Source: Sanchytrium tribonematis (lineage: Eukaryota). Taken from it: a DNA stretch of 32,105 bases. Each line of letters begins with the position of its first letter. The first letter of the stretch is position 1. Made by a program: the position numbers and the translations under genes. This document shows, one piece after another, positions 9,509 to 20,731 of this stretch. The notes under the pieces were generated by a model. That model did not search any database and was not told the DNA's origin. It worked only from the letters and a program-made list of their open reading frames with translations. The stretch covers positions 1 through 32,105 of the forward strand of contig JADGIG010000046.1 of assembly GCA_018985235.1 (NCBI GenBank). Direction: 5' to 3'.

Positions 9509-11932
9509 ATGACAATTAAAGCTCTCATTTACAAGTCTGCAAACGCACAGAAGCGACAACATTGTATGAATTTCTGTTGTTTGACCATCTTTCCCGCCAT
9601 CTCAATGATATTACCAGGCTATTTATTGAACATGCTCAGCACTGTAGACGTCCAAATAGACCATCATTGCCATAAAGAAGCAGATTTGAGTGATTGTATC
9701 ACGTATTTCATGCCATTTTACCCAAATCGTCAAAATATTTCTGTAAATCAACAATTCAAGCCATCCAAGTGGACAGAACACATGCGTATCCACATTCTCA
9801 ACCATGATGATGCACAAAAATGGGGTTCTTTCAACCCATTCATCGTCAAAAATACAAATAATGAATCTCTATTTCAAAACACGCAAAATTCCCCTAAAAA
9901 TGGAATATTTGGAGCCATGCCACCCACGTTTTCATGTGATGGATCTATGTGTATGACAGACATGGAAACAATCCAATATTCTTCTAAAAATGCCATTTTA
10001 CATGATTTTAAACAAATTATTTTAAATGGTCAAAAAATCATCAAAGAAGCCAATGAATCCATGCACGTTGCTCCAAACAATCCAGTCACACACGCCATGT
10101 ACATTGAAAAGAGTGATATTATCCAAGCAACCATCCAACACGGTGATTTAATCGGTGCCATTTACGGTGAAAAAACAGTTCCCCGTCCATACAGCCTTAT
10201 CAATAGAATTACCAATGGATTATTACATCAATCTAGTGATTATTTCATCAATGGTGCACTCAGAGATATGCCATCTACCACCTACACAACATCTGCTTTA
10301 TTTTTACAAATTATTCAAGCATTTGTTGTCATTCTAATTCCAGTCATATTTACCATGTTATTACCCATGCTCTCCTTTGAACACGTCAAGAATAGACCTG
10401 TCATCCAATTATTAATGGCAAATGGCGTGAATTCCACCAAATATCAATTTGCCACATTTTTACATTTCTATGTTTTATATCTTTTAGAAGCCTCCATTAT
10501 GCTCATTATCACCATATTCTTTGATTTCCCATTTAAAAATCACCCATTTATATTAATATTTGCATTTCTAGTCAATGGAATTCAAATTGTCGCTCTTGCC
10601 TTGTTTTTGAGTCCATTTTTCAAAACACCCAGAATGTCATTTATATTTGGGACATTATTGGTATTTGTTCAACTTGTTATTGGATTTTCAAAGAGCGCAT
10701 TTCAAGATATTTTAGATCAATGGGGAATTATTAATATGTATGGTCCCTTGTCATTTTCAAATGCATTAGATGATTTGACTAATAATAATGGTAATCAGAC
10801 CTTGAAATACTGTTTATCTTCATTAGCTGGTAGTATTCTGCTGTTATTTCTTGGATGGTTGATTGAGAATCGTAAAGATCAATCTACTCATAAAACAAAG
10901 AAAATAAAGAAATCCAAGGATCAAATACAAGATATGAGGGATCAAGATGTCATTCAAATGCAAAATAAGATTGAAAATGGGACTATTAAGGATGCAGCAC
11001 TGATTGTTCAAAATATTAGCAAATCTTTTGGTGCCACTCAAATTATTGATAATTGCTCATTTTATGTAGAATCTAATACTGTATTTGGATTATTAGGTGC
11101 CAATGGTGCTGGTAAATCCACTTTAATCCATATTTTAACAGGATTCTTAAAAGCAGATCAAGGGACTGCAAAATATGGTAAATTAGATTTACACACTCAT
11201 AAATCCAAAATCAGACAGAATATTGGTATTTGCTTACAACATGATCTATTTATACCTCATTTAACAGTATTAGAACACTTGATTTGCTTTGGATTGATCA
11301 AGGGGTATTCATTGAAACAATGTCGAGAAATGGCCAAATCACAAATCAATCAATCCCAATTAAATGGATTTGAGAATAGATTCCCAGATACCATGAGTGG
11401 TGGAGAAAAGAGACGATTATCCATTTCCATGGCCAATATCAACCATCCCAAAATCATTTATTTAGATGAACCCACCACTGGATTAGACCCACAAGTCCGT
11501 AGAGTCATTTGGAATATGATCCATCAAATGAAATCAAATAGTACAGTCATTTTAACCACTCACAATTTAGAAGAAGTCGAAATATTGTGTCAACAAATCT
11601 CTATTTTCGTACATGGTCAATTTAAATGTATTGGCACTTTACAACGATTAAAACAGTTGTACGGCACTGGATACCACATCACATTAAGTATCAACAAGTC
11701 AAAATTGCCTCAAATCAAGAAAGTATTGCATAAATTATTCAAAAATCCAAAAATCACCCATTCTGAAAATATGTTGGAATGTCAAGTGAAATACAAGCAA
11801 GGCTATTTAGTGAAATGGTTTAAACAATTAGAACATGTAAAACATCAAAATATTGGAATTTATGATTTCAATATTTCACAATGTTCTTTAGAAGATGTCT
11901 TTTTGAAATTAGTAGGTCAAAATGAAATTTAA
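9509..11932 (+). CDS. ABCA-subfamily half transporter, 807 aa
   Basis: TM segments, Walker A GANGAGKST, MSGGEKRRL, IYLDEPTTGLDP, TTHNLEE, SLEDVFL. Confidence 0.93.
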   Translation: MTIKALIYKSANAQKRQHCMNFCCLTIFPAISMILPGYLLNMLSTVDVQIDHHCHKEADLSDCITYFMPFYPNRQNISVNQQFKPSKWTEHMRIHILNHDDAQKWGSFNPFIVKNTNNESLFQNTQNSPKNGIFGAMPPTFSCDGSMCMTDMETIQYSSKNAILHDFKQIILNGQKIIKEANESMHVAPNNPVTHAMYIEKSDIIQATIQHGDLIGAIYGEKTVPRPYSLINRITNGLLHQSSDYFINGALRDMPSTTYTTSALFLQIIQAFVVILIPVIFTMLLPMLSFEHVKNRPVIQLLMANGVNSTKYQFATFLHFYVLYLLEASIMLIITIFFDFPFKNHPFILIFAFLVNGIQIVALALFLSPFFKTPRMSFIFGTLLVFVQLVIGFSKSAFQDILDQWGIINMYGPLSFSNALDDLTNNNGNQTLKYCLSSLAGSILLLFLGWLIENRKDQSTHKTKKIKKSKDQIQDMRDQDVIQMQNKIENGTIKDAALIVQNISKSFGATQIIDNCSFYVESNTVFGLLGANGAGKSTLIHILTGFLKADQGTAKYGKLDLHTHKSKIRQNIGICLQHDLFIPHLTVLEHLICFGLIKGYSLKQCREMAKSQINQSQLNGFENRFPDTMSGGEKRRLSISMANINHPKIIYLDEPTTGLDPQVRRVIWNMIHQMKSNSTVILTTHNLEEVEILCQQISIFVHGQFKCIGTLQRLKQLYGTGYHITLSINKSKLPQIKKVLHKLFKNPKITHSENMLECQVKYKQGYLVKWFKQLEHVKHQNIGIYDFNISQCSLEDVFLKLVGQNEI

Positions 11933-11959
11933 TAAATCACTCCTTGAAATCTCCTGTCA

Positions 11960-12940
11960 ATGTGGCTTCCTGTGATAGTTGCATTACAATCACTCAATCT
12001 ATTTCACGATCATAAAGTGATGACTTTGAAGCAACATGAGATGCAAAATATTGGCAATGAATTCCGCATGAAATTAGATGGAAATCACATTAAAGTCTAT
12101 CAACACCATCATTTAACCCATATAGCATCTATCCAAGTATCCAATAACCATATTAAATTATCCAACAACCATTTCACCCATTTCTTTCATTTTATCCATC
12201 CTGCGCAACAAATAGTCAAAATAGACCATCAAGCACATTCATTCAAAATTAATGAGTTCCAATATGATTTATTACATGTATTTCAATTAAAATGGCGATG
12301 TTCTACCCGTAATATCAAAAATGGCAATTATACTGAAAATCACGTACAATATACTGAATTTGATACTGTGATTTCTGGCAATGGACATGCATCTCAAGTC
12401 ATTTGGGAGTATATTGATAGTCATACAATCCAAATCAGTCATTATAAAAGAGGTAATGCCATTAAATTATCTAATTCTGATGTATTGGCTGCCTTGATTG
12501 ATCAAACAGATGATTCAATATTCACATGTGATATTAAAACTACCAATTCACCCTATTTACAAGTATCTGTTCAAAATAGAAATATTCAAAAATGCCAAAT
12601 TCATATTAAATTTGAAAATCAACTCATTTCTAAAATGTTGAGTGAGCATGGCAATTTAATCAAATTAATGGTATTTGGTCATTTCATTTATGTATTTATA
12701 GGTAGTCATCTATCTATTTCAGGAAATGTGATTTATATCATCATGAAACCAAATGAATATTACATGATTTCATCGATTGATTTTTTAATGAAATCTTTTC
12801 AAATTGGAGATTATATCATGAGTGGAAATGATATTGCCATTCAAAATAAAGTATCTGAAAAAATCAATGCTAAATATGTCAATACAGAAATAACAGATTT
12901 ACAACAATTTGCCATTTATTTTAGTCAATGGAAACAATAA
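11960..12940 (+). CDS. Unknown secreted family A, copy 1 (326 aa)
   Basis: Short hydrophobic N-terminus. Shares W.CS.R, CDI/CEI, GNLIKL, YxFIG, VxYII and terminal WKQ with the three downstream ORFs. Confidence 0.8.
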   Translation: MWLPVIVALQSLNLFHDHKVMTLKQHEMQNIGNEFRMKLDGNHIKVYQHHHLTHIASIQVSNNHIKLSNNHFTHFFHFIHPAQQIVKIDHQAHSFKINEFQYDLLHVFQLKWRCSTRNIKNGNYTENHVQYTEFDTVISGNGHASQVIWEYIDSHTIQISHYKRGNAIKLSNSDVLAALIDQTDDSIFTCDIKTTNSPYLQVSVQNRNIQKCQIHIKFENQLISKMLSEHGNLIKLMVFGHFIYVFIGSHLSISGNVIYIIMKPNEYYMISSIDFLMKSFQIGDYIMSGNDIAIQNKVSEKINAKYVNTEITDLQQFAIYFSQWKQ

Positions 12941-12968
12941 TAAAATCTTTTTTAAAACATATCCCCCT

Positions 12969-13926
12969 ATGATTTGGTCCATTGTATTTGCCATTGACCA
13001 ATTGAGTTTATTTTGCAATTCTAATTACGTCCAATTAGTCAAAAATAAACCACAGATAATAGACAATTATCAATTGAATTTGCAAGGAAATCGAATTCAT
13101 ATTCTCAATCAACAACCATCTACATCCTGTTTTGGCCAATGTCATCAAAAATCATCCATTCATGTCAATTTTAAAAATGGATTATATTGGAACATGGACT
13201 CGTTTTACAAAGGATTCATTTCAAATGGACCAATTAAATTGTCAAATTGTGGCATTATTCAAAACCAAATGGATTTGTTCTAAGCGTGTCATTCAAAATG
13301 GTAAATATACATTTAATCCAGTAAATTATCATGTGTTTGGTAAATTAATCAATCATCAAATTACAGAATCAATTTATGAAGAAATTCAAATAAAATATAG
13401 GAATTATGATGAAATCGAGATATCAGCAGGTAAATCTCGGGTTGAAATGCGTGTATCTGATAAAATGGCAGTATTAATTCATGAAACAAGTGAATCTATT
13501 GTAACATGTGAAATTCATCAAATTGACGAGCCTTGGTTGGGTGAGTCGAGTCAAAACAGAGTAATTCCAAAATTAAATCTGTATTCATCAAAGGGTTACA
13601 GTCCGATAGAATTGGATCAAAATGGCAATTTGGTAGAAATCATTAAAAATGAAATTTATGCATTTATTGGATCTCATTTTGAATTTAGTGGTAATTTGAA
13701 TATTGAGAATATGGTTTATATTGTAGCAGATTCTGACAAGTATTATGCCATTTCTACAAGTGATTGGATGAACTATGAATTTGAAATTAAGAGACTTTTA
13801 CTAAGTGGGAATAAAGACGTCATTGTGCAAGGAAATGTAGATTCACGATTGGAAATTCATGCATCGCCTAAGAAATTTGCAAATCCATTTGAATTGGCCA
13901 ACTACTTGAAGAATTGGAAACAATAA
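12969..13926 (+). pseudogene. Unknown secreted family A, copy 2 (frameshifted near 13200)
   Basis: Starts MIWSIVFAIDQLSLFC at 12969. Homology continues in another frame from TKDSFQMDQLNCQ. There is one extra base and no suitable intron was found. Could be an assembly error. Confidence 0.7.
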
Positions 13927-14012
13927 ATCAAGATCAAATCACATGACATGATCACATGATTTAAAATGATGCCTTTTGGAGAAATTCTTCATTATTTTTT
14001 CAAACCCCCTCC

Positions 14013-14974
14013 ATGTTTTGGTCCATTGTACTCGCCATTGACTCTATGGGATTATTCTGCAATGATAAATATATTCATTTAGAAACAAATCAACCACGAA
14101 ACTTTGAAAAATACCAATTGATTTTACAAAATGATCAATTAAAGGTATCCACTAATTGCGATTATAGATTTGCCATTTGTAACTTATTAAAAAAGACTTT
14201 TAAATTAGATCAGAGTGGTGAAACCATTCAATTTTCTGTTAAATCAAAAAAAGCAGGCTCATTTGTCAATCATTGACCCCATTCCACACCAAATGGCATT
14301 GTTCAGAAAGAGCCACTACGGATGATCACTATAATAACAATGTTGTGAGATATCACACTTTTGGCCAACAAATCACGCAGTCTAGCAAATTGAACATTCT
14401 TGATAAAATTATTTCTGTGAGATACACGAGCCACAATAGAATCAAATTAGAACCAACTGATAGTAATGTTCAAGTCATTTATCCTTCAAATACGATGAGG
14501 GTGTGGATCCAGAAATTTGAGAGATCCATTTTATCATGTGAAATATATTTTATTCCAGAGCCCTATTTGGCCACACCTTTGTGTGAAAGAGTGATTCCTG
14601 AATCATTTTCGATTTACTATATGCTGGAGAATCAATTATTAAGTATGGAATTTAACAATTATGGCAATTTGATTAAATTGTTTGAAAATGAGCCACAAAT
14701 GTATGCGTTTATTGGTGCAAATACTCGATTTGATTCTGATTCTGATGCTGTCCAAAACGAAAATATGGTTTATATTATTACAAAAGTCAATGAATATTAT
14801 GCCATTCCTACAAGGAATTGGATGAACCATGCGTTTAAAATTGAGGGACATTTACTAAGTGGGAATGAAAATGCCATTAAGAAATCACCAAAGAAAATCA
14901 CTGCAACTCAAGTGAATCCGGAATATATTAATTTGGCTAAATTCGCAACTTATTTACATCACTGGAAACATTAA
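14013..14974 (+). pseudogene. Unknown secreted family A, copy 3 (frameshift at A7 run 14246-14252)
   Basis: Starts MFWSIVLAIDSMGLFC and continues as SRLICQSLTPFHTKWHCS in the -1 frame, which opens just before the A run. Could be a homopolymer error. Confidence 0.7.
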
Positions 14975-15043
14975 ATAGTAAATTGTATTGACTAAATGTC
15001 ATTGAAATAACGCAAAGGAGGGGTCCATCTTAAAACCTCCTGA

Positions 15044-16027
15044 ATGTTTTGGTCCATTGTATTTGCTATTGACTCGTTGGGGTTATTTTGTACATCTCAA
15101 GTGTCTGAAGCACCCAAATATGTTCATTTGAAAAGTGAAAAAACACTAGTAGGTAAATTAGGTTTGAAAAGTGAAAAAACACAAGTAGGTCAATATGGTT
15201 TGAAATTAGAAAATGATCATATTCATGTTTACAATACAAATAAAGTGGCATCCATAAAAGTTGAAACTAATGATAAATTTGAAATTATTGGTACTGAAAA
15301 TTCATTTCAAATAGACCAATTAAAATGCCAAATTGTGGCTTCCTTTTTGACCAGATGGGTGTGCTCTATACGCGCAGTAAAAAATAATCTATATAGCCAG
15401 ACATTTGTGAAATATTCTGTAATAGTTGATCAAATTAACTCACAAAGAGATGGACCAGTAATTAATGGAATTAAATTTAAATACTCGTACACCGCTTATG
15501 ATCAACTTGAGATTTCATCAGTCATGTCAGATTCCGTTGTAATTGGCCCATCTCGTAGCCCTGCTGTATGGATTGTTAAATCAGATTCATTTATTAGGTC
15601 TTGTGAAATCGTTGAAATTAATCAATATTTGTTGCTTTTAAATGGATATACAAGAAATATTCCTCATTTTTATATTTATTTTGATGGATTTAGCATGAAA
15701 TTGGATCCATATGGCAATTTGATCAGATTATCTCAAGAGGAGCCAGAGATTTATGCGTTTATTGGAGCTAATGTGATTTATGATGAAGAAATTAAAATTA
15801 AAGTAGAAAATATGGTTTATATTGTAGCAGATTCTGACAAGTATTATGCCATTTCTACAAGTGACTGGAAAACATTTGAATTTGAAATTGAAGGACATTT
15901 TCTCAGTGGTAATGAAAATGCCATTCAGCAAAGAAATGTAGGCTCACAAGTGGAAAGTCATACATTGACTAAGAAATTTAAGAATTCATTTGAATTGGCC
16001 AGCTACTTGAAGATTTGGAAGCAATAA
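15044..16027 (+). CDS. Unknown secreted family A, copy 4 (327 aa)
   Basis: MFWSIVFAIDSLGLFC...YLKIWKQ, intact ORF. Confidence 0.85.
   Translation: MFWSIVFAIDSLGLFCTSQVSEAPKYVHLKSEKTLVGKLGLKSEKTQVGQYGLKLENDHIHVYNTNKVASIKVETNDKFEIIGTENSFQIDQLKCQIVASFLTRWVCSIRAVKNNLYSQTFVKYSVIVDQINSQRDGPVINGIKFKYSYTAYDQLEISSVMSDSVVIGPSRSPAVWIVKSDSFIRSCEIVEINQYLLLLNGYTRNIPHFYIYFDGFSMKLDPYGNLIRLSQEEPEIYAFIGANVIYDEEIKIKVENMVYIVADSDKYYAISTSDWKTFEFEIEGHFLSGNENAIQQRNVGSQVESHTLTKKFKNSFELASYLKIWKQ
15127..15198 (+). repeat. In-frame 36-nt imperfect tandem duplication
   Basis: Encodes LKSEKTLVGKLG followed by LKSEKTQVGQYG. Confidence 0.9.
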
Positions 16028-17553
16028 ATCTAATTTATTGAAAATTTTGAATATTTTAAAAATCAAGCCACTTTTGAAATGTACACGCTGTTGACTTCAT
16101 TTCTGGTTGCTGTCTCTATAGACTGTCCAATTATAATTCAATTGGCATTAGATTTAGATATCAAATATACAAATACTGAATATTTTATTCAATATGAAAA
16201 AGATTGTTGTTTGGGAGTTGGGGTGATTTGTGAGAATGAGCGCGTTACGGAGCTACATTGGGGATTCGCAGAGGATTATGGTAAACGGACATATCCAGAG
16301 ATTCAATTACCACCTAAATTACGCGTATTAGATATGTCTCATAGTATAAAAACTATGATTATTAAGAAATTACCAGATACGCTTAAAGTGATGGATTTTT
16401 ACAACACTAATTATCACGCACTTGAATTACAAACATTACCAAATCTCACATATTTCAGATATCATTGTTACTTTGATTTAAAACCACCTATTTTACCAAT
16501 ATTACCAGATACTTTGGAACATATTGATTTTGAATATTGCAGTTTAAAAATCTTTCCACTCAATGCAACAAATTTAAAAGAAGCATATTATGACTCTTGT
16601 AACGCTGCTGTTCCTTCTTTATTTCCAAACTTGCCAGAAACGATTGAAAGAGTTTCTTTATGGTCCTGCAATTTTCATGGTCAAGTCGGAGTTGATTTTA
16701 AACACGTTGTATATCTAGATATAGGTAGTAATTATTTAGAGGGTAATCTCACTATATCATCCCCAAATATCACTGTTTTGGAAACTCGTTATAATAAATT
16801 CGACAGAATGTTTGTGTCAAATATTGATCAAATCCAGTACTGTCGCACTGAAAATAACTATTTTGAACCAGATAATGTGAATGAACTAACTAGATTACAA
16901 TCCAAAGGTTGTACAATCGATTACAAATCTCCACCCTCACCAGATTGTCCAAATTTAATTCTATTTTTGAAACAATTAAATTTCCATTTATTAAATCCAA
17001 AGACATTTGATGATATAGCAAGCTTAAATAACTGCTGTGATAGTTTTATTGGGTCGATTTATTGTTCTGGGAATCGGGTAACAAGAATTGGGTTGGACTA
17101 TGGCAAGTTAAACGGCACCATTAATTCGACATTATTACCAGATTCCTTATATTATTTAAGTCTCAGTTCCGGTGAGATTGGTGGATTGTTTCCTGACTTT
17201 TCAGGTTTGGCCAATTGTCAAGAAATCAATTTGGGAAACAATCAATTGATTGGTCCAATTTATGGCAAATTGCCAAATAATTTAAAATATTTATATATTT
17301 CTAATAATCAATTAAATGGGACTATTCCAAATCTGAATAAACTCACAGATCTAGATGCGGGTTACAACTATTTTGATTCTGTTGAAAATCAATTATCAGG
17401 AAATAATTTAGAAAGTATTTCTATCCTTTTTAATAAAATAGCAGGCATTATTGACATGTCTAATTATGATTCAAAATTTTATGGCAAATTTAATTTTAGA
17501 AATAATTTGATTGATAAAATATTGACTTTAAAGAATGTAACACAAACTGGATG

Positions 17554-17623
17554 CGATGTTTCCTTGAATAATATTCCACAAGCAGATTCGATGTTTCCTT
17601 GAATAATATTCCACAAGCAGATT
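17554..17623 (+). repeat. Perfect 35-nt tandem duplication
   Basis: cgatgtttccttgaataatattccacaagcagatt occurs twice (17554-17588, 17589-17623). Confidence 0.97.
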
Positions 17624-18469
17624 TGACGAATTTGACAAGTTGTGCTCACAAACTTCAATTGTATGCAGACCCAATTAATTTTCAAAGTTGTCAATTCATC
17701 AATCAAATGCTTCAAAAAATGAAATTTGAATTCAAGCCACAAAACAATTGTTGTGATTCACTATACGAAATTACTTGTAGTAATCAAAATGTGACTGATT
17801 TAATTTTATATGACAATGCTGGGCCATTATCGACTGTTGATGGCTATGCTTTTTCGATTTTAGATATTCCTTCAAGTTTGCAAACAATCACCATTGTAAA
17901 TCATTTTATTCAGACTGCACAAATACCAAACATCCCTGCGCATGTCAAGTATATTCAATTCACCAATGCAAATATTGGTGGAAAATTGCCTACATTATTA
18001 GAGGGATTAGAAACTTTAAAAGTGACAAATGCAAATTTAAATCAGACAATTCCACCATTACCAAGCACTTTAAAGGTATTAAAATTGATTGATTGCAATT
18101 TATATGGTCCTATTCCCGAATTACCCCCTAATTTACAAGAATTACAAGTACAAGGAAATAATTTGACAGGTCCATTGCCAATATTTCCTGCTTCTTTGAA
18201 AATTGTCATTCTTGGAGATGGTGCACGTGAAGGGAATGTATTTAATGACAGGCTCATTCTTCAAAATCCAACCACTTTAATACTTGGAAATACGAGTATT
18301 TACGATGTGCAGATAAGCAACACAACTTCATTGACCTATTGTGATTTATCATTTAGTCCACTTCAAAATAATATCAATATTGCTAATTTCACAATGTGTA
18401 GCAAGTATTATTTGACAAATTGGCCTCTAAATTTACTACAAAACACTGTTACAGAAAATTCTAAATCAA

Positions 18470-18488
18470 GTAATTTTTTTTTATCTAG
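18470..18488 (+). other. 19-nt spliceosomal intron gtaatttttttttatctag
   Basis: GT...AG ends. Removal fuses ...ENSKS to I-VTRVFYRG..., joining the LRR ectodomain to its TM exon. Confidence 0.82.
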
Positions 18489-18780
18489 TCGTGACTCGTG
18501 TATTCTATAGAGGAACTACCACCAATGTGATAAATATGACTGTTACCGACATGGTAGATAGTATACTAGTGACATCTGCATTCACCAACACTGCATTATT
18601 GCCAGTCAAATTCAATTTGCCAAAATTCTTTATCAAATGGACTCTACAAATAATATTTAGGGCATCTATTGACTTGGTTCTATTAATGGGTACATTATAT
18701 GGTAATTACTGGTTACAGAAACAGAAATTGAAAACTAAAAAAGTCATTTATTCCGTAGATGTGTCTCAATAAATCAAATT

Positions 18781-19806
18781 TTATTTATTTTGTAAAATAT
18801 CAAGTAATAAATCATTAAATTTCCAATGATCATCTAAATACATGTGATGGCCACCAGCAGATAAATATACTTTATGCATTTCTGGATTTGGATGTTTAGA
18901 AATAGCCAAATAAGCTCCTTCTTTATCCATCCAATCAGAAGTGCCATAAATAAATTGAGTGGGACAAGTCACATTTTTGAATCGATGGCATAATGGGGAT
19001 TTGGCATAGGCACCTGGTAGGAATATATGAGATATGGCATATTCACCAGCACCAGAATCCACAGATATTTGATATAAATAATTATGGAGATTATTTAAAT
19101 CATTTGGATTTAAATGTTTAAAACGTCTTTGAGTGTAGCCACTTAGCATTCTAGGACCAAATGGGCCTAATGTGCGTACGATGGATTGAGGAGTGACAGA
19201 TTTGGTCCATAAATATTTGATGATGGCGCCGTACCAGGGCCATTTGCGTTGTTGGGTTGGGGGTTCTGGAAATCCTGCTGGGGAACATAAAATAAGTTGA
19301 TCTACTGTAGAAGGGTACTTGATGGCATAGCAAGTGCTTAAATAGCCACCTAAAGAATGACCAAATAAGACCATTTTATCAATTTTCATTTTACATCTCC
19401 ATTCTTCAAGGGAATCAATAAAATAGCCTTCTACATCTTGTAATGACTTGCCATTGATCTTATTACGTGTGGATCTACCCATTCCAAGCCAGTCTATGGC
19501 GTATATCGAAGTGCCTTGATTGACCAGTGACATTAAATGAGGATACGTTTTGAAGAAATAAGCCAATCCGACTCCAAATCCATGAGTGATTAAGAGTACT
19601 CGTTTCTCATTGGGTGCTTTGATCATTAATGTGTTGATGGCGCGTTTGTTGTCTAATTGGACCCATCCAATTTTATGATTTTGAATCGTGGATAATAATT
19701 GCTTTTCTGCTAAATCTGATTTAGAAGATGATGCTGGCCAGAACCATCTATATAAGAAACTAAAATAGCCACCTGTGAGTACTTGAGCAGGTGAGAAAAT
19801 ATCCAT
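18781..19806 (-). CDS. ABHD4/ABHD5/Cld1/Ict1-family alpha/beta hydrolase (lipase/acyltransferase), 341 aa
   Basis: HGFGVG oxyanion motif, IDWLGMGRS, FIDSLEEWR, nucleophile GHSLGGY, HX4D motif HHMYLD. Confidence 0.92.
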   Translation of the reverse strand: MDIFSPAQVLTGGYFSFLYRWFWPASSSKSDLAEKQLLSTIQNHKIGWVQLDNKRAINTLMIKAPNEKRVLLITHGFGVGLAYFFKTYPHLMSLVNQGTSIYAIDWLGMGRSTRNKINGKSLQDVEGYFIDSLEEWRCKMKIDKMVLFGHSLGGYLSTCYAIKYPSTVDQLILCSPAGFPEPPTQQRKWPWYGAIIKYLWTKSVTPQSIVRTLGPFGPRMLSGYTQRRFKHLNPNDLNNLHNYLYQISVDSGAGEYAISHIFLPGAYAKSPLCHRFKNVTCPTQFIYGTSDWMDKEGAYLAISKHPNPEMHKVYLSAGGHHMYLDDHWKFNDLLLDILQNK

Positions 19807-19854
19807 TTGAATATAGTTTCAAGGAGGTCGTTCATTTCACAAAATCATTTTTAC

Positions 19855-20556
19855 TTATAAAAATTGTGGACACTCGCCAAATCTCATATTTGTGGCTAAA
19901 ATACCATCTCGGATACATGCGTTTTTGATTGTTTGATATTTACCACTTACATAGGCACAAACTGTGTACTGACACGAATTTGGACATGCACCCATTTTGA
20001 TATCTGTGGCATGTGCATTTTGCGCAGCACATGAATTTGCAAATGTCTGTCTTTTGCCATTTAACAAAGCACATACTGGATTCTTTAAAGTACAAGGATC
20101 TCCAATTGGCACAGAACAAGCACCATCCACAATATTTGTAGCACCTTGTCGTGTTGCCTCACATCGATTTGAAAATATCTGCTTCTTTCCACCTAATACA
20201 GCACACACTGGTGCATAAATAGTAGGACAAATCTCAATTGGTTTACAAGCACCAGTTTGAATATTTGCCGCATTATTTAGTAATGCCAAACAAAGCGTGT
20301 CAAATTGTTTTGGTTTCTTATTGATTTCACCACATACTGGAGATGGTTTTTGATATGCTGGACATGTAATAGTACCATTGGTAGATCCAAGACATTTTGA
20401 TGTTGAAAATACAATTGCACCTGCTCGTGTTGCGTAACATTGATTTGCAAATTGTTGTTGTTTGTGGTCTTTAGTGACTGCACAGACTGGTAAATAGAAA
20501 TCTGGACACATGATTTCAACTATTGGAGTGGCTAAAGATAATGGAATCAGAAACAT
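19855..20556 (-). CDS. Secreted multi-Kazal serine protease inhibitor (5 four-Cys domains)
   Basis: Repeats of C..PVC(A/G)...F.N.C.A....A.....G.C and a short signal MFLIPLSLA. Confidence 0.88.
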   Translation of the reverse strand: MFLIPLSLATPIVEIMCPDFYLPVCAVTKDHKQQQFANQCYATRAGAIVFSTSKCLGSTNGTITCPAYQKPSPVCGEINKKPKQFDTLCLALLNNAANIQTGACKPIEICPTIYAPVCAVLGGKKQIFSNRCEATRQGATNIVDGACSVPIGDPCTLKNPVCALLNGKRQTFANSCAAQNAHATDIKMGACPNSCQYTVCAYVSGKYQTIKNACIRDGILATNMRFGECPQFL

Positions 20557-20731
20557 GATATTGAAATGGTTGTGACTTGCCTTTTAACCACCAACACACC
20601 AATCACGACCTTGGATGTTTAATTTATTCAACTTGCAATGACTTGGGGCACTTGCTTCTATCTTGTAATCAATTTACGGATTGATTTACCAAGTGGGCTA
20701 TAAAAATAAATAATCGAGTTTAATAAATTTA

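Larger units (their letters stand above)
16079..18772 (+). pseudogene. LRR receptor-like type I membrane protein (879 aa when reconstructed), frameshifted by a 35-nt duplication, with one 19-nt intron
   Basis: Signal peptide; three Cys-capped LRR modules (DCP...CC...C...RVT); LxxNxLxGxIP and LPxxLxxL repeats; Thr-rich stalk, TM segment and basic tail. Removing 35+19 nt leaves 2640 nt in a single frame. Confidence 0.85.

Noticed and set aside
14246..14252. Programmed -1 frameshift at the A7 slippery run
   Set aside because: The paralogues lack it and I see no stimulatory structure. A homopolymer indel is simpler.
14238..14256. 19-nt GT...AG segment gttaaatcaaaaaaagcag as a fourth intron
   Set aside because: Removing it does not lead into the homologous downstream frame, and it lacks the GTAA/TAG pattern.
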